From Labrenzia sp. (GTDB taxonomy: Bacteria > Pseudomonadota > Alphaproteobacteria > Rhizobiales > Stappiaceae): DNA of 64,000 nt. The stretch lies in NCBI GenBank assembly GCA_051805445.1, contig CP196552.1, positions 4,844,408-4,908,407 of the forward strand, given 5' to 3'. The notes under the pieces were generated by a model, which worked only from the letters and a program-made list of their open reading frames with translations, had not been told where the DNA came from and searched no databases. Below are positions 12,301 through 23,916 of the stretch, in pieces. How positions within the stretch are numbered: position 1 is the first letter of the stretch; each line of letters opens with the position of its first letter. The position numbers and the translations under genes were made by a program.

Positions 12301-13531
12301 TCACCGGGTTGCTTACGGTTCCAAGCTGCATGTTGATGAAGGTGACGCGGTCAAACGCGGTCAGCGGATCGCTGAATGGGATCCGTACACTCGTCCGATG
12401 CTTGCCGAAGTTGATGGTGTCGTGGACTTTGAGGACCTGGTTGACGGGGCTTCTGTTCAGGAAACCGCCGACGAGGCAACCGGTATCACCAAACGTGTCG
12501 TCATCGACTGGCGCTCTTCCCAGCGTGGTGCGGATCTCAAGCCGGCGGTTGTCATCAAGGACGCCAAAGGTTCCGTTGCCAAAAACCAGCGTGGATCCGA
12601 TGCCCGCTTGATGCTGTCCGTGGACGCAGTTCTCTCGGTTCAGCCGGGAGCCTCGGTCAAGGCCGGTGACGTGCTCGCACGTATTCCGCTGGAAAGCGCC
12701 AAGACCAAGGACATCACCGGTGGTCTGCCGCGCGTTGCGGAACTGTTCGAGGCTCGCCGTCCGAAGGATCATGCTATCATCGCAGAAATCGATGGTACGA
12801 TCCGCTTCGGCCGCGACTACAAGAACAAGCGCCGTGTCATCATCGATCCGGCAGAGGAGGGCGCCGAGCCCGTCGAATACCTCATCCCGAAAGGCAAGCA
12901 CTTCCACCTTCAGGAAGGCGATGCCATTGAAAAGGGTGAGTACATCCTCGACGGTAACCCGGCACCGCACGACATTCTGGCTGTTAAGGGCGTGGAGGCA
13001 CTTGCCGCCTATCTCGTCAACGAAATCCAGGAAGTCTATCGTCTGCAGGGCGTGACCATCAACGACAAGCACATTGAAGTGATTGTTCGTCAGATGCTTC
13101 AAAAAATCGAGATCACCGATCCAGGCGAAACGGAGTTCTTCTCCGGCGAACAGATCGACAAGCTCGACTTTGAAGAGGCAAACCGCAAAGCCGTCGATAA
13201 CGCTCGTGACCCCGCAAAGGGCGTTCCTGTCCTTCTCGGGATCACCAAGGCGTCACTGCAGACACGCTCTTTCTTCTCTGCCGCCTCCTTCCAGGAGACG
13301 ACCCGCGTTCTTACCGACGCTGCGGTTAACGGCAAGACCGACCCGCTGGTCGGCCTCAAGGAGAACGTCATTGTTGGCCGTCTGATCCCAGCTGGTACCG
13401 GCGGGGTGATGAAGCGGATCCGCAAGATTGCATCGCATCGCGACGACCTGATCCAGGAAGCGCAGCGGGCTCAGTCTTCGGAAAGTGCCGCAGAGGGCCT
13501 TTTGGAAGACATGACCGGCGCTGCAGAATAA
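9332..13531 (+). CDS. rpoC: DNA-directed RNA polymerase subunit beta'
   Basis: 1399 aa. [12 protein letters not shown]..., the zinc motif [20 protein letters not shown] and the catalytic NADFDGD. The ATG at 9332 is preceded by AAGGAG. Confidence 0.97.
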   Translation: MNHEVMNLFNQQAPAQTFDNIKISLASPEKILSWSFGEIKKPETINYRTFKPERDGLFCARIFGPIKDYECLCGKYKRMKYKGVICEKCGVEVTLSRVRRERMGHIELAAPVAHIWFLKSLPSRIGLLLDMTLKDLERVLYFENYVVLEPGLTPLKQHQLLSEEDYVAAQDEYGEDAFTAMIGAEAIREILMSMDLERESEKLRQEIAEATTELKPKKLAKRLKVIEAFMESGNRPEWMIMTVVPVIPPDLRPLVPLDGGRFATSDLNDLYRRVINRNNRLRRLMELRAPDIIIRNEKRMLQESVDALFDNGRRGRVITGANKRPLKSLSDMLKGKQGRFRQNLLGKRVDYSGRSVITVGPELKLHQCGLPKKMALELFKPFIYSRLDAKGFSSTVKQAKKLVEKERPEVWDILDEVIREHPVLLNRAPTLHRLGIQAFEPTLIEGKAIQLHPLVCSAFNADFDGDQMAVHVPLSLEAQLEARTLMMSTNNILHPANGGPIIVPSQDIVLGLYYLSIMAEKEPGEGMAFSDIGEIHHALANKVITLHTKIKGRFRSMDAEGNPTSDIFETTPGRMLIAELLPKHHEVPFDVANKLMTKKDISKMIDTVYRACGQKETVIFCDRIMQLGFKNACNAGISFGMDDMVIPDTKQKLVGETAALATEYEQQYNDGLITQGEKYNKVVDAWAKCTDKIADEMMARIKAVQIDEETGRQKPMNSVYMMSHSGARGSPQQMKQLAGMRGLMAKPDGSIIENPIISNFKEGLSVLEYFNSTHGARKGLADTALKTANSGYLTRRLVDVAQDSIILEPDCGSERGITVAPIVDAGNVIASLGMRVLGRTTAEDVHNNATGEIIVPKGHLIDEKDVDAIEAAKVQQIKIRSVLTCETETGVCATCYGRDLARGTPVNMGEAVGVIAAQSIGEPGTQLTMRTFHIGGTAQVVDSSFIESNVDGTIKIRNRSVQRDSEGNLIAMVRNMSIVVIDSDDNERAVHRVAYGSKLHVDEGDAVKRGQRIAEWDPYTRPMLAEVDGVVDFEDLVDGASVQETADEATGITKRVVIDWRSSQRGADLKPAVVIKDAKGSVAKNQRGSDARLMLSVDAVLSVQPGASVKAGDVLARIPLESAKTKDITGGLPRVAELFEARRPKDHAIIAEIDGTIRFGRDYKNKRRVIIDPAEEGAEPVEYLIPKGKHFHLQEGDAIEKGEYILDGNPAPHDILAVKGVEALAAYLVNEIQEVYRLQGVTINDKHIEVIVRQMLQKIEITDPGETEFFSGEQIDKLDFEEANRKAVDNARDPAKGVPVLLGITKASLQTRSFFSAASFQETTRVLTDAAVNGKTDPLVGLKENVIVGRLIPAGTGGVMKRIRKIASHRDDLIQEAQRAQSSESAAEGLLEDMTGAAE

Positions 13532-13554
13532 GCTTCGGCATCAGTCACATCATG

Positions 13555-13586
13555 AAAGGCCGCCTCCGGGCGGCCTTTCTCGTATT
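13555..13586 (+). terminator. Rho-independent-type terminator after rpoC
   Basis: AAAGGCCGCC-TCCG-GGCGGCCTTT (10-bp stem) is followed by CTCGTATT. Confidence 0.6.
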
Positions 13587-13611
13587 GAACGAGATAAGGA
13601 GGGCTGCCCTC

Positions 13612-13905
13612 ATGAATGACAATGACCTTGAAATGGATCCGGTAGTGTACATCGTTATCGGCCGCGTCTGGAAGGATGAAGACACTTCGCCGGATGCCGC
13701 GATCACGATCCACGCATTTTTGACGGCACCAGATGATGACGATGCCGTTCGCAAGACCTTGGAAGCTCTGTCATCGCAAGGGTTCACGGAAGCTGAACTG
13801 GATCAGATCGGTGTCATCGATGGTGAACCTGATGAACCGATCTATGAAGGTGCCTATCATGATGCTCTGTCCGGAAACGTGGCAATTGTCACGCTTGCCG
13901 ACTAA
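13612..13905 (+). CDS. Hypothetical small, highly acidic protein (97 aa)
   Basis: The ATG at 13612 has AAGGAGGG 8 nt upstream. The protein has 23 Asp/Glu versus 4 Lys/Arg, including a DDDD run. I recognise no family. The longer ORF-track start at 13552 would run through the rpoC terminator hairpin. Confidence 0.5.
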   Translation: MNDNDLEMDPVVYIVIGRVWKDEDTSPDAAITIHAFLTAPDDDDAVRKTLEALSSQGFTEAELDQIGVIDGEPDEPIYEGAYHDALSGNVAIVTLAD

Positions 13906-13967
13906 GACATGTTGTAGGTAGTTCCGTTAAGACAATTAAATATTATTGTCATCTGTGATTATGTTTT

Positions 13968-14002
13968 GCCTCCGCCGTCAAAAGCGGAGGCGTATTTTAT
14001 TT
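13968..14002 (+). terminator. Rho-independent terminator after the acidic ORF
   Basis: GCCTCCGC-CGTCAAAA-GCGGAGGC is followed by GTATTTTATTT. Confidence 0.6.
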
Positions 14003-14091
14003 ATATTCTGAGTTGTCTTACGAAAAATGTCCACTTTTCGTTTACATAACTGGAAAACACTAAACCCTGAATTGCAAATCGGAGGTTATAC

Positions 14092-15774
14092 ATGTTTTCT
14101 AGAATTTCAGTTGGCATGCGATTGGGCATGCTCATGGGGTTGGTGGTTCTTTGCTTGATTGGGATCCTTGGCGCAGCGGCTTACCAGGATCGCGACCGGT
14201 CGTATGCAGAGCGGCGGATTGGCCTGACCCATCTTGTCAATGCGGCCACGAGCACGATTGAGAGTTACCATAAGCGAAGCATAGCCGGAGAGTTTACTGA
14301 AGAGCAGGCGAAAGAGTTCGCCAAGGAGGCGATCCGCGGCATGCGCTACGACAATGGCAATTATCTCTTTATCAACCTGCGCGGCGATGCTCTGATCATG
14401 CATCCCGCACGGCCGGATCTGGAGGGCATGACCTCCCAGGACCTCATTCGTGATTTCGGGTCGTCCAGTTTGCCGACTTTCTATGTCATCGTGCAGAGCC
14501 AGGGCAGTGGTTTTCATGATTACGTTTGGCGCAGGCCGAATTCTGACGATCCGGCAGGCAAGACGGCATATGTGACAATGTACCAGCCTTGGGAGTGGGT
14601 GATAGGGACCGGCGCCTACGTCGATGATATTGAAGCGGCATTTCAAAAGAACCTTGTTCGGCTTGCCGGAACCGCTCTTGCGTTGGTTCTACTATTGGCT
14701 ATCGCTTCCCACTTCCTGATCCAGTCGATTACAAAGCCACTAGCGCGGACGGTGCAAGAAGCTGAAGCGCTTGCAGCCGGGGACACCGAGATCCAGTTCA
14801 CTGATGCGGATCGCAAGGACGAGATCGGGACAGTGGCCCGGTCGATCGCGGCTTTCCGGGATCGGATTTTTGAACAACAGCGGCTTGCCCGGGAAGCTGC
14901 GGAAACGGCAGATGCCCAAACCCGCCGCCAGCATCTGGTGGAAGGTCTTGTGTCGCGGTTTCGCGAAAATGTCTCCCATTTGCTCACCGCGGTTGGTGAC
15001 CGGATCGGAACTGTAAAGACAACGGCGACAGAATTGTCCGGTCTTGCAAGCGCGTCTTCAGAGCGGGCGGCCGGAGCCAGCGGATCAGCGGACTCGGCCA
15101 ACGGCAGTATTGAGACAACAGCTGCCGCGGCGCAGGAGCTCACTTTCGCCATCCGCGAAATCAACTCGCAGGTTTCCAAAACCACGGAGGGCGTCCAAGG
15201 GGCGACGGAAGCTGCGAACAAATCCAGCCAGCGGGTGACCAGCCTGTCCAATGCCGCGATCAAGATCGGTGAGGTGGTCACGCTTATTCAGGCGATCGCC
15301 GAGCAAACCAATCTTTTGGCCTTGAACGCAACCATTGAGGCTGCGCGGGCCGGGGAGGCGGGCAAGGGGTTTGCCGTCGTCGCTGCTGAAGTGAAAGAGC
15401 TCGCAACACAGACCGCAAAAGCCACGGAAGAAATCAGCAACCAGATTGCCGACATCCAGGGCTCCACCAATGAAGCGGTGGCCGCAATTGACGAGATCAC
15501 ATCTCGTGTCGAGGAAGTCCGCAATTTCACCACAGCGATTGCTGCCTCTATCTCTCAGCAGGAGTCTGCAACAGAGTCGATTGCTCAAAGTGTCGTGCAG
15601 GCCGTTGAGCAGACAAAATTGGCCAAATCCGAAATGGAGATGGTTGTGACCTCTGCCCGGGAAACCGACGACGGATCGCTCGTCGTTTTGCGCGGCGCTG
15701 ATGAAGTCGCCGAATATGCCGAGAAACTCCGCGGTGAGGTCGACACCTTCCTCGATTCTGTCGCTGCGGCATAA
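14092..15774 (+). CDS. Methyl-accepting chemotaxis protein with a periplasmic sCache_2-like sensor
   Basis: 560 aa. It has an N-terminal TM and a Cache-like block ([24 protein letters not shown] ... [24 protein letters not shown]). These are followed by a second TM, a HAMP domain and the MCP signalling hairpin [34 protein letters not shown]. Confidence 0.92.
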   Translation: MFSRISVGMRLGMLMGLVVLCLIGILGAAAYQDRDRSYAERRIGLTHLVNAATSTIESYHKRSIAGEFTEEQAKEFAKEAIRGMRYDNGNYLFINLRGDALIMHPARPDLEGMTSQDLIRDFGSSSLPTFYVIVQSQGSGFHDYVWRRPNSDDPAGKTAYVTMYQPWEWVIGTGAYVDDIEAAFQKNLVRLAGTALALVLLLAIASHFLIQSITKPLARTVQEAEALAAGDTEIQFTDADRKDEIGTVARSIAAFRDRIFEQQRLAREAAETADAQTRRQHLVEGLVSRFRENVSHLLTAVGDRIGTVKTTATELSGLASASSERAAGASGSADSANGSIETTAAAAQELTFAIREINSQVSKTTEGVQGATEAANKSSQRVTSLSNAAIKIGEVVTLIQAIAEQTNLLALNATIEAARAGEAGKGFAVVAAEVKELATQTAKATEEISNQIADIQGSTNEAVAAIDEITSRVEEVRNFTTAIAASISQQESATESIAQSVVQAVEQTKLAKSEMEMVVTSARETDDGSLVVLRGADEVAEYAEKLRGEVDTFLDSVAAA

Positions 15775-16070
15775 GCCGGAACCGGAATGTAGCAAAAGAC
15801 CCAGGTGTGGGACACGTGCCTGGGTCCAAGTTCATTCGACGGTTTGCGAGGTTTCGCAGCATCGATGTTTGTCCTGTTTGATTTCATTCTCCTCTGGCTT
15901 CCACTGATGCCCAAGGCCGTAGCTTGTAAAGATTTGGTCCACCTCTGTGGGGCCTTGGCCAATGTTGGGCGAATAAGTATGCGCATGGCAGGCATGCATC
16001 GGATGGAATCGGGGTTCGGGACGCAGCGCCGGCCTTGTTGTGGTGAGAAAACCGCTGAGATTGGCATGAT

Positions 16071-16101
16071 TTGATTCACTGGCTTAACCATTGATTCACT
16101 G
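16071..16101. repeat. Perfect 11-bp direct repeat TTGATTCACTG x2 with a 20-bp period
   Basis: Copies lie at 16071-16081 and 16091-16101, in the non-coding spacer upstream of rpsL. Confidence 0.6.
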
Positions 16102-16212
16102 TTTGGAATCGGCCGATCTACCGGCCAAGTTACAAACGAACAGCAGAAGTTTGGTTAGCGAAATAATCTTACAATCTCCTGCGGTCTGGTGGAGAAAAAT
16201 GACCCGGATTTC

Positions 16213-16236
16213 TGCGGTTTTGCGGAAATGCGGAAT
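16213..16236. repeat. Three tandem 8-mers: TGCGGTTT TGCGGAAA TGCGGAAT
   Basis: TGCGG recurs at 16213, 16221 and 16229, immediately upstream of the putative rpsL -35 box. Confidence 0.5.
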
Positions 16237-16250
16237 TTCCAACAAATCAC

Positions 16251-16279
16251 TTGACGCAAAGGGTGCATCTGAGTAGTTT
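16251..16279 (+). promoter_or_regulatory. Putative sigma70-type promoter of the rpsL-rpsG-fusA-tuf operon
   Basis: TTGACG (16251-16256), a 17-nt spacer and TAGTTT (16274-16279). The upstream 12-mer CAAATCACTTGA is identical to the one at 1234-1245. Confidence 0.45.
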
Positions 16280-16550
16280 CCGCGCATCCCAAGGGCAGGC
16301 GGTAAGAGCGAACCTTCCAGCGCTTCACGAGAGCGCAGGACACAGTCCTCTTAAACGCTGCCGGGTCACATAGGCGAATACGCGTCGATTGCATGACCGC
16401 GAGGCAACTCGTGGTCCTCTGGTTTTTCGCAGCGCCGGCCGCTCCAAATGGAGCGCGCGGGCGCGATTCTGCATGTTTGAACACATGCGGCGTCAGCGGA
16501 GGACTGCAGTTGCACAAAAGTTTTTGGATGGACAAGGTAAAGGGCACAGA

Positions 16551-16922
16551 ATGCCGACCATCAACCAGTTGATCCGCAAGCCGCGGAAAGATCCGCCGAA
16601 GCGGAACAAAGTGCCGGCCATGGAGGCCTGCCCGCAGAAGCGTGGTGTTTGCACCCGTGTATACACAACCACTCCGAAGAAGCCGAACTCGGCTCTTCGT
16701 AAAGTGGCGAAAATCCGTCTGACCAACGGCTTCGAAGTCATCGGTTACATCCCGGGTGAAGGTCACAACCTTCAAGAGCACTCGGTTGTAATGATCCGTG
16801 GCGGCCGTGTGAAAGATTTGCCGGGTGTCCGCTACCACATCATCCGTGGTGTTCTGGATACCCAGGGCGTCAAAGATCGTAAGCAGCGTCGTTCGAAGTA
16901 CGGCGCGAAGCGGCCGAAGTAA
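16551..16922 (+). CDS. rpsL: 30S ribosomal protein S12
   Basis: 123 aa, [52 protein letters not shown]. The upstream part of the ORF-track frame (16389-) is not S12-like. Confidence 0.97.
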   Translation: MPTINQLIRKPRKDPPKRNKVPAMEACPQKRGVCTRVYTTTPKKPNSALRKVAKIRLTNGFEVIGYIPGEGHNLQEHSVVMIRGGRVKDLPGVRYHIIRGVLDTQGVKDRKQRRSKYGAKRPK

Positions 16923-16934
16923 GGAGCACATTAG

Positions 16935-17405
<471 letters not shown>

Positions 17406-17429
17406 TTTCGACTTTGAAGGGCTGACGCT

Positions 17430-19505
17430 ATGTCGCGCACGCATAAAATCGAGGACTACCGTAACTTCGGCATCATGGCTCACATCGATGCTGGTAAGAC
17501 GACCACCACCGAACGGATCCTCTACTATACCGGCAAGAGCCACAAGATCGGCGAAGTTCACGATGGTGCTGCCACCATGGATTGGATGGAGCAGGAGCAG
17601 GAGCGTGGCATCACGATCACCTCCGCTGCGACTACTGCATTCTGGAATGAAAAGCGCCTGAACATCATCGACACCCCGGGCCACGTTGACTTCACCATTG
17701 AAGTTGAGCGCTCCCTGCGTGTTCTTGACGGTGCGGTTGCTCTTCTGGACGCAAACGCTGGTGTTGAGCCGCAGACCGAGACTGTTTGGCGTCAGGCCGA
17801 CAAGTACAACGTCCCGCGGATGATCTTCGTCAACAAGATGGACAAGCTCGGCGCCGATTTCGATCGCTGCTGCGAGATGATCAAGTCCCGTCTTGGTGCA
17901 ACTCCGCTGGTCATGCAATTGAACATCGGCGCAGAAAGCGAATTTGCCGGTGTCGTTGATCTGCTGAAAATGAAGGCGCTGATCTGGCAGTCCGAGAACC
18001 TCGGCGCTGCCTGGGATGAAGTCGATATTCCGGCTGAACTTGCAGACCGTGCGCAGGAAATGCGTGATGCTCTGATTGAGACGGCCGTCGAAGTCGACGA
18101 AGAAGCAATGGAAGCCTATCTGGAGGGCGAAGAGCCGTCTTTCGAGAAGATCCAGCAGCTGATCCGCAAGGGCACCATCAACGGTGACTTTGTTCCGGTA
18201 TTCTGCGGTTCTGCTTTCAAAAACAAAGGCGTACAGCCGCTTCTTGATGCAGTTGTTGATTACCTGCCGAGCCCTGTTGAGGTTCCGGCCATTAAGGGTA
18301 TCGATCCGAAGACCGAAGGCGAAGTCGAGCGTAAATCTTCTGATGAAGAGCCGCTCAGCATTCTGGCATTCAAGATCGCGAACGATCCGTTCGTTGGTTC
18401 CCTAACGTTCTGTCGTATCTATTCCGGCGTTCTGAACAAGGGCGTGTCCCTGCTCAACACCGTGAAGGATAAGAAAGAGCGCGTCGGCCGCATGATGCAG
18501 ATGCACTCCAACTCGCGTGAAGACATCGACGTCGCATATGCTGGCGACATTGTTGCGATCGCAGGTCTCAAGGACACCACAACAGGTGACACGCTCTGCG
18601 ATCCGCTGAAGCCGGTCATCTTGGAGCGGATGGAATTCCCTGAGCCGGTTATCGAAATCGCGGTTGAGCCGAAGACCAAAGGCGACCAGGAGAAGATGGG
18701 CCTCGCCCTGAACCGTCTGGCTGCTGAGGATCCGTCCTTCCGGGTTAAGACCGACGAAGAGTCTGGTCAGACCATCATTGCTGGTATGGGCGAATTGCAC
18801 CTCGATATCCTTGTCGACCGCATGAAGCGCGAGTTCAAGGTTGAGGCGAACATTGGTGCGCCGCAGGTTGCTTACCGCGAAACCATTACGAAATCTGCAG
18901 ACGTGGACTACACCCACAAGAAGCAGTCCGGTGGTTCCGGTCAGTTCGCTCGCATCAAGATCACGATCGAACCGGCAGAGCCGAACGAAGGCTTTGTCTT
19001 CGAGAGCAAGATTGTCGGCGGTAACGTTCCGAAAGAATACATTCCGGGCGTTAGCAAGGGTATCGAAAGCGTCATGTCGTCTGGTCCGCTGGCCGGCTTC
19101 CCGATGCTCGACATCAAGGCAACTCTTACCGATGGTGCCTACCATGATGTTGACTCCTCGGTCCTTGCGTTCGAGATCGCGGGCCGGGCCGGTTTCCGCG
19201 AAGGTATTTCCAAGGCTGGACCTAAGCTCCTTGAGCCGGTCATGAAGGTCGAGGTTGTTACCCCTGAAGATTACATGGGTGACGTGATTGGTGACCTGAA
19301 CTCCCGCCGCGGTCAGATCGCGGGTACGGAGAACCGGGGCATCGTGACTGTCATCACCGCAATGGTGCCGCTGGCCAACATGTTTGGTTATGTGAACAAC
19401 CTGCGTTCCATGTCTCAAGGCCGCGCTCAATACTCGATGGTGTTCGATCACTACGAGCAGGTGCCGCAGGCTGTCGCCGAAGAGGTTCAGGCGAAATACG
19501 CCTGA
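17430..19505 (+). CDS. fusA: Elongation factor G
   Basis: 691 aa, [26 protein letters not shown] and DTPGHVDF. Confidence 0.97.
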   Translation: MSRTHKIEDYRNFGIMAHIDAGKTTTTERILYYTGKSHKIGEVHDGAATMDWMEQEQERGITITSAATTAFWNEKRLNIIDTPGHVDFTIEVERSLRVLDGAVALLDANAGVEPQTETVWRQADKYNVPRMIFVNKMDKLGADFDRCCEMIKSRLGATPLVMQLNIGAESEFAGVVDLLKMKALIWQSENLGAAWDEVDIPAELADRAQEMRDALIETAVEVDEEAMEAYLEGEEPSFEKIQQLIRKGTINGDFVPVFCGSAFKNKGVQPLLDAVVDYLPSPVEVPAIKGIDPKTEGEVERKSSDEEPLSILAFKIANDPFVGSLTFCRIYSGVLNKGVSLLNTVKDKKERVGRMMQMHSNSREDIDVAYAGDIVAIAGLKDTTTGDTLCDPLKPVILERMEFPEPVIEIAVEPKTKGDQEKMGLALNRLAAEDPSFRVKTDEESGQTIIAGMGELHLDILVDRMKREFKVEANIGAPQVAYRETITKSADVDYTHKKQSGGSGQFARIKITIEPAEPNEGFVFESKIVGGNVPKEYIPGVSKGIESVMSSGPLAGFPMLDIKATLTDGAYHDVDSSVLAFEIAGRAGFREGISKAGPKLLEPVMKVEVVTPEDYMGDVIGDLNSRRGQIAGTENRGIVTVITAMVPLANMFGYVNNLRSMSQGRAQYSMVFDHYEQVPQAVAEEVQAKYA

Positions 19506-19552
19506 CCCCAACTTCTTGAATTAATTAAGAATTAGAGAAACGGAGTACTCCG

Positions 19553-20743
19553 ATGGCGAAGGAAAAGTTTGAGCGCAACAAGCCGCACGTCAACATTGGC
19601 ACGATTGGCCACGTTGACCACGGCAAGACGACGCTGACCGCTGCAATCACCATGACGCTGGCTGAAGCTGGCGGTGCGACTGCAAAAGCATATGACGAGA
19701 TTGACGGCGCGCCTGAAGAAAAGGCACGCGGCATCACCATTTCCACGGCGCACGTTGAGTATGAGACGGAAAACCGTCACTACGCTCACGTTGATTGCCC
19801 GGGCCACGCCGACTACGTGAAGAACATGATCACCGGTGCTGCGCAGATGGACGGCGCGATCCTTGTTTGTTCTGCAGCGGACGGCCCGATGCCGCAGACC
19901 CGTGAGCACATCCTGCTTGCGCGTCAGGTTGGCGTTCCGGCACTTGTCGTGTTCATGAACAAGGTTGACCAGGTCGACGACGAAGAGCTTCTCGAGCTCG
20001 TCGAAATGGAAATCCGTGAACTGCTGTCTTCCTACGAGTTCCCGGGCGACGACATTCCGATCGTCAAGGGTTCTGCTCTGGCAGCTGTCGAGAACCGCGA
20101 TGCCGCCATTGGCCGTGACGCAATCCGTGAGCTGATGGCAGCTGTTGACGACTACATCCCGACGCCTGAGCGTCCGAAGGATCAGCCGTTCCTGATGCCG
20201 ATCGAAGACGTGTTCTCGATCTCCGGCCGCGGTACTGTTGTGACCGGCCGTGTTGAGCGTGGCATCGTCAAGGTTGGTGAAGAAGTCGAGATCGTCGGCA
20301 TCAAGGACACCACCAAGACAACGGTTACCGGCGTTGAAATGTTCCGCAAGCTGCTGGATAGCGGTGAAGCTGGCGACAACATCGGTGCTCTGATCCGCGG
20401 TGTTGCCCGTGAAGATGTTGAGCGTGGCCAGGTTCTTTGCAAGCCGGGTTCTGTTAACCCGCACACGAAGTTCAAGGCTGAGGCCTACATCCTGACGAAG
20501 GAAGAGGGTGGCCGTCACACGCCGTTCTTCACCAACTACCGTCCGCAGTTCTACTTCCGCACAACGGATGTGACGGGTGTTGTTCATCTGCCGGAAGGTA
20601 CGGAAATGGTGATGCCTGGCGACAACGTCTCTGTTGACGTTGAGCTGATCGTGCCGATCGCCATGGAAGACGGTCTGCGCTTCGCGATCCGCGAAGGTGG
20701 CCGCACGGTTGGTGCCGGCGTCGTCGCCTCAATCATCGAATAA
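19553..20743 (+). CDS. tuf: Elongation factor Tu, copy 2 (complete)
   Basis: 396 aa, [27 protein letters not shown]..., in the str-operon position after fusA. Confidence 0.98.
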   Translation: MAKEKFERNKPHVNIGTIGHVDHGKTTLTAAITMTLAEAGGATAKAYDEIDGAPEEKARGITISTAHVEYETENRHYAHVDCPGHADYVKNMITGAAQMDGAILVCSAADGPMPQTREHILLARQVGVPALVVFMNKVDQVDDEELLELVEMEIRELLSSYEFPGDDIPIVKGSALAAVENRDAAIGRDAIRELMAAVDDYIPTPERPKDQPFLMPIEDVFSISGRGTVVTGRVERGIVKVGEEVEIVGIKDTTKTTVTGVEMFRKLLDSGEAGDNIGALIRGVAREDVERGQVLCKPGSVNPHTKFKAEAYILTKEEGGRHTPFFTNYRPQFYFRTTDVTGVVHLPEGTEMVMPGDNVSVDVELIVPIAMEDGLRFAIREGGRTVGAGVVASIIE

Positions 20744-20819
20744 TCGACAGCCGGGCCTGCTGGCACCTTAGTAAAAGTGAATGCGGGCAGGCCCGCCAGT
20801 CTTATTGGGAACAACAACA

Positions 20820-21128
20820 ATGAACGGTCAGAATATCCGGATCCGCCTCAAGGCTTTTGACCACCGTATTCTCGACGCTTCCACCAAGGAAATCGTCAAT
20901 ACGGCCAAGCGGACCGGTGCACAGGTACGGGGTCCCGTGCCGCTGCCGACGCGGATCGAGAAGTACACCGTGCTTCGTGGCCCGCATATCGATAAGAAAA
21001 GCCGCGATCAGTTCGAGATGCGCACACATAAGCGCCTTCTCGACATCGTTGACCCGACACCGCAGACCGTGGACGCGCTGATGAAGCTCGACCTGGCCGC
21101 TGGTGTCGACGTCGAGATCAAGCTCTGA
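20820..21128 (+). CDS. rpsJ: 30S ribosomal protein S10
   Basis: 102 aa starting at the ATG at 20820: [26 protein letters not shown]. Confidence 0.96.
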   Translation: MNGQNIRIRLKAFDHRILDASTKEIVNTAKRTGAQVRGPVPLPTRIEKYTVLRGPHIDKKSRDQFEMRTHKRLLDIVDPTPQTVDALMKLDLAAGVDVEIKL

Positions 21129-21151
21129 GGCGAGGCGAAGGGGACACATCC

Positions 21152-21862
21152 ATGCGTTCTGGAGTGATCGCTCAGAAAGTGGGCATGACCCGCATCTATA
21201 ACGATGCAGGCGAACATGTTCCGGTCACAGTATTGCGGCTGGAAAACTGCCAGGTGGTTGCCCACCGGACTGACGAAAAGAACGGTTACAACGCACTGCA
21301 GCTCGGTGCCGGTACCCGTAAAGTAAAGAATACGCCGAAGGCACTGCGCGGTCACTTTGCTGTTGCAAAGGTTGAGCCGAAGCGGACGGTGGTCGAGTTC
21401 CGCGTTTCTGCGGACAACATGATCGACGTTGGCGCGGAAATCACCGCTGACCACTACGTCGAAGGCCAGTTTGTCGACGTGACAGGAACTTCCATCGGTA
21501 AGGGTTTTGCCGGTGTTATGAAGCGTCACAACTTCGGTGGTGGCCGTGCATCGCACGGTAACTCGATCTCGCACCGCTCACACGGTTCAACCGGTCAATG
21601 TCAAGACCCGGGCCGCGTGTTCAAGGGCAAGAAGATGGCCGGTCATATGGGCGATGCCCGCGTGACCACGCAGAACCTCAAGGTTGTGCGCACTGATGTT
21701 GAGCGTGGCCTGATCATGGTCGAAGGCTCTGTACCGGGCGCCAAGGGCGGCTGGATCCAGGTCCGCGACGCGATCAAAAAGGCGCTGCCGGACAACGTTC
21801 CGGTCCCGGGTGCTTTCAAGGCGTCCGAAGCGGCTGAGGCTGCCGGGAAGGAGAGTGAGTGA
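21152..21862 (+). CDS. rplC: 50S ribosomal protein L3
   Basis: [28 protein letters not shown], in S10-operon order. Confidence 0.96.
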   Translation: MRSGVIAQKVGMTRIYNDAGEHVPVTVLRLENCQVVAHRTDEKNGYNALQLGAGTRKVKNTPKALRGHFAVAKVEPKRTVVEFRVSADNMIDVGAEITADHYVEGQFVDVTGTSIGKGFAGVMKRHNFGGGRASHGNSISHRSHGSTGQCQDPGRVFKGKKMAGHMGDARVTTQNLKVVRTDVERGLIMVEGSVPGAKGGWIQVRDAIKKALPDNVPVPGAFKASEAAEAAGKESE

Positions 21863-22482
21863 TGGAACTCCAGGTCAAGACCCTCGAAGGTGGGGCGGCC
21901 GGTTCGATCACGGTGTCTGACGAGATCTTTGGTCTCGAGCCGCGCACCGATTTGATCCACCGCGTTGTGCGATGGCAGCTTGCCAAGCGCCAGGCGGGTA
22001 CCCACAAGACGCTTGGTCGTTCGGAAGTTACTGGTTCTACGAAGAAATTCGTTCGCCAGAAAGGTTCCGGCGGCGCGCGTCACGGCAACAAGAAGGCTCC
22101 GCAGTTTCGCGGCGGTGGTAGGGCATTCGGTCCGGTCGTTCGCGATCATGGCCATGACCTGCCGAAGAAAGTCCGCGTCCTCGGCCTCAAGCATGCACTG
22201 TCCGCGAAAGCTAAGGCAGACAGCATCGTTGTTGTTGAAGATGCAAAAGCTGCTGAAGCGAAAACCAAGGCTCTCAAGTCCCAGCTGAACAAGCTCGGCC
22301 TGACCAGCGCTCTGGTGATCGATGGCGCCGAAGTTGACAACAACTTCGCACTGGCGTCCCGCAACATTCCGCATCTGGATGTGTTGCCGGTTCAGGGCAT
22401 CAATGTTTACGACATCCTGCGCGCCAACACTCTGGTGTTGACGAAAGCTGCGGTGTCCGCACTTGAGGAGCGCTTTAAATGA
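21859..22482 (+). CDS. rplD: 50S ribosomal protein L4
   Basis: [15 protein letters not shown]...[11 protein letters not shown]. It has a 4-nt overlap with rplC. Confidence 0.95.
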   Translation: MMELQVKTLEGGAAGSITVSDEIFGLEPRTDLIHRVVRWQLAKRQAGTHKTLGRSEVTGSTKKFVRQKGSGGARHGNKKAPQFRGGGRAFGPVVRDHGHDLPKKVRVLGLKHALSAKAKADSIVVVEDAKAAEAKTKALKSQLNKLGLTSALVIDGAEVDNNFALASRNIPHLDVLPVQGINVYDILRANTLVLTKAAVSALEERFK

Positions 22483-22772
22483 GCAATCTTCCTCACTACG
22501 ACAAAATCGTTGGCCCGGTAATCACCGAAAAGTCGACGATGGCTTCTGAAGAGAACAAGGTTGTCTTCAAGGTTGCCAACGATGCAACCAAGCCAGAAAT
22601 CAAGGCCGCTGTCGAAGCACTGTTCGGCGTCAAGGTCACGGCAGTCAACACTCTTGTCCGCAAGGGCAAAGTGAAGCGCTTCCGCGGACGTCTTGGCCGC
22701 CAGTCTGACTTCAAGAAGGCCGTCGTAACGCTGCAGGAAGGTCACGCAATCGACGTGGCCACCGGGCTCTAA
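22479..22772 (+). CDS. rplW: 50S ribosomal protein L23
   Basis: [32 protein letters not shown]. It has a 4-nt overlap with rplD. Confidence 0.95.
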   Translation: MSNLPHYDKIVGPVITEKSTMASEENKVVFKVANDATKPEIKAAVEALFGVKVTAVNTLVRKGKVKRFRGRLGRQSDFKKAVVTLQEGHAIDVATGL

Positions 22773-22790
22773 GACGGGGACTTAAGAAAA

Positions 22791-23624
22791 ATGGCACTTA
22801 AGACATTCAATCCGACGTCCCCGGGCCGCCGTCAGCTGGTACAGGTTGACCGCTCCGGTCTATGGAAGGGCAAGCCGGTCAAGACTTTGACCGAAGGCCT
22901 TTCTAAAAAGGGCGGCCGGAACAACACTGGACGCATCACGTCTCCGAACCGTAGTGGCGGTCACAAGCGGACCTACCGTCTTGTTGACTTCAAGCGCCGC
23001 AAGTGGGACGTGCCGGCAACGGTAGAGCGCCTGGAATACGATCCGAACCGGACCGCATTCATTGCTCTGATCCGTTACGAAGACGGCGAGCTGAGCTACA
23101 TCCTGGCTCCGCAGCGCTTGTCCGAAGGCGACACTGTTGTCGCCGGTGAAAACGTTGACGTGAAACCGGGCAATGCGGCTCCTTTGTCGCGCATTCCGGT
23201 TGGTACGATTGTGCACAACATCGAGCTGAAGCCGGGCAAAGGCGCCCAGATCGCTCGCTCTGCCGGTGCGTTCGTTCAGATCGTCGGCCGTGACCAGGGT
23301 TACACAACGCTGCGCCTGATGTCTGGTGAACAGCGCCGTGTTCTCGGCACTTGCATGGCAACCATTGGTGCTGTGTCCAACCCGGACCACTCCAATGTGA
23401 ATCTCGGCAAGGCAGGCCGTTCCCGCTGGCTGGGCATCAAACCGCACGTTCGCGGTGTTGCCATGAACCCGATCGACCACCCGCATGGTGGTGGTGAAGG
23501 TCGGACCTCCGGCGGTCGTCATCCGGTTACTCCTTGGGGTAAACCGACCAAAGGTAAGCGCACGCGGAAGAACAAGCAGACCGATAAGTTTATCGTCCGC
23601 TCCCGCCACGCGCGTAAGAAGTAA
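22791..23624 (+). CDS. rplB: 50S ribosomal protein L2
   Basis: 277 aa, [17 protein letters not shown] ... [21 protein letters not shown]. Confidence 0.97.
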   Translation: MALKTFNPTSPGRRQLVQVDRSGLWKGKPVKTLTEGLSKKGGRNNTGRITSPNRSGGHKRTYRLVDFKRRKWDVPATVERLEYDPNRTAFIALIRYEDGELSYILAPQRLSEGDTVVAGENVDVKPGNAAPLSRIPVGTIVHNIELKPGKGAQIARSAGAFVQIVGRDQGYTTLRLMSGEQRRVLGTCMATIGAVSNPDHSNVNLGKAGRSRWLGIKPHVRGVAMNPIDHPHGGGEGRTSGGRHPVTPWGKPTKGKRTRKNKQTDKFIVRSRHARKK

Positions 23625-23635
23625 GGGACAGGATC

Positions 23636-23914
23636 GTGGCACGTTCGATCTGGAAAGGTCCGTTTGTCGACGGGTATCTGCTGAAGAAAGCGGAGAAGGT
23701 CCGCGAGGCCGGCCGGAACGAGGTCATCAAGACCTGGAGCCGCCGCTCGACGATCCTCCCGCAGTTCGTTGGTCTTACCTTCGGCGTCTACAACGGTCAG
23801 AAGCACGTTCCGGTGCAGGTGTCTGAAGAGATGATTGGTCACAAGTTCGGTGAGTTCTCACCGTCCCGGACCTATTACGGGCACGGCGCCGACAAGAAGG
23901 CGAAGAGGAAGTAA
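23636..23914 (+). CDS. rpsS: 30S ribosomal protein S19
   Basis: GTG start. (M)[19 protein letters not shown] ... [13 protein letters not shown]. Confidence 0.96.
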   Translation: MARSIWKGPFVDGYLLKKAEKVREAGRNEVIKTWSRRSTILPQFVGLTFGVYNGQKHVPVQVSEEMIGHKFGEFSPSRTYYGHGADKKAKRK

Positions 23915-23916
23915 CG

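Noticed and set aside
5666-13102. Very long antisense ORFs lie inside rpoB and rpoC, for example 7364..9250 (628 aa), 5666..7045 (459 aa), 10511..11908 (465 aa), 9434..10429 and 12158..13102.
   Set aside because: They mirror the frames of two of the most conserved genes known, in GC-rich DNA where stop codons are rare on the opposite strand. Their translations are Arg/His/Val-rich, carry no recognisable motifs and lack ribosome-binding sites. The same applies to the antisense ORFs across fusA, tuf, the ribosomal-protein genes, both MCP genes and pccA/pccB.
15585-16287. Several ORFs occupy the spacer between the MCP gene and rpsL: 168 aa on the minus strand overlapping the MCP 3' end, 89 aa on the plus strand, and a 55-codon minus-strand frame reading MHACHAHTYSPNIGQGPTEV...
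   Set aside because: None has an SD sequence, their composition is not protein-like, and the longest depends on overlapping the MCP gene. The 55-codon frame might be a gene remnant, but I could not tie it to any family. I treat the region as non-coding with promoter and leader elements.
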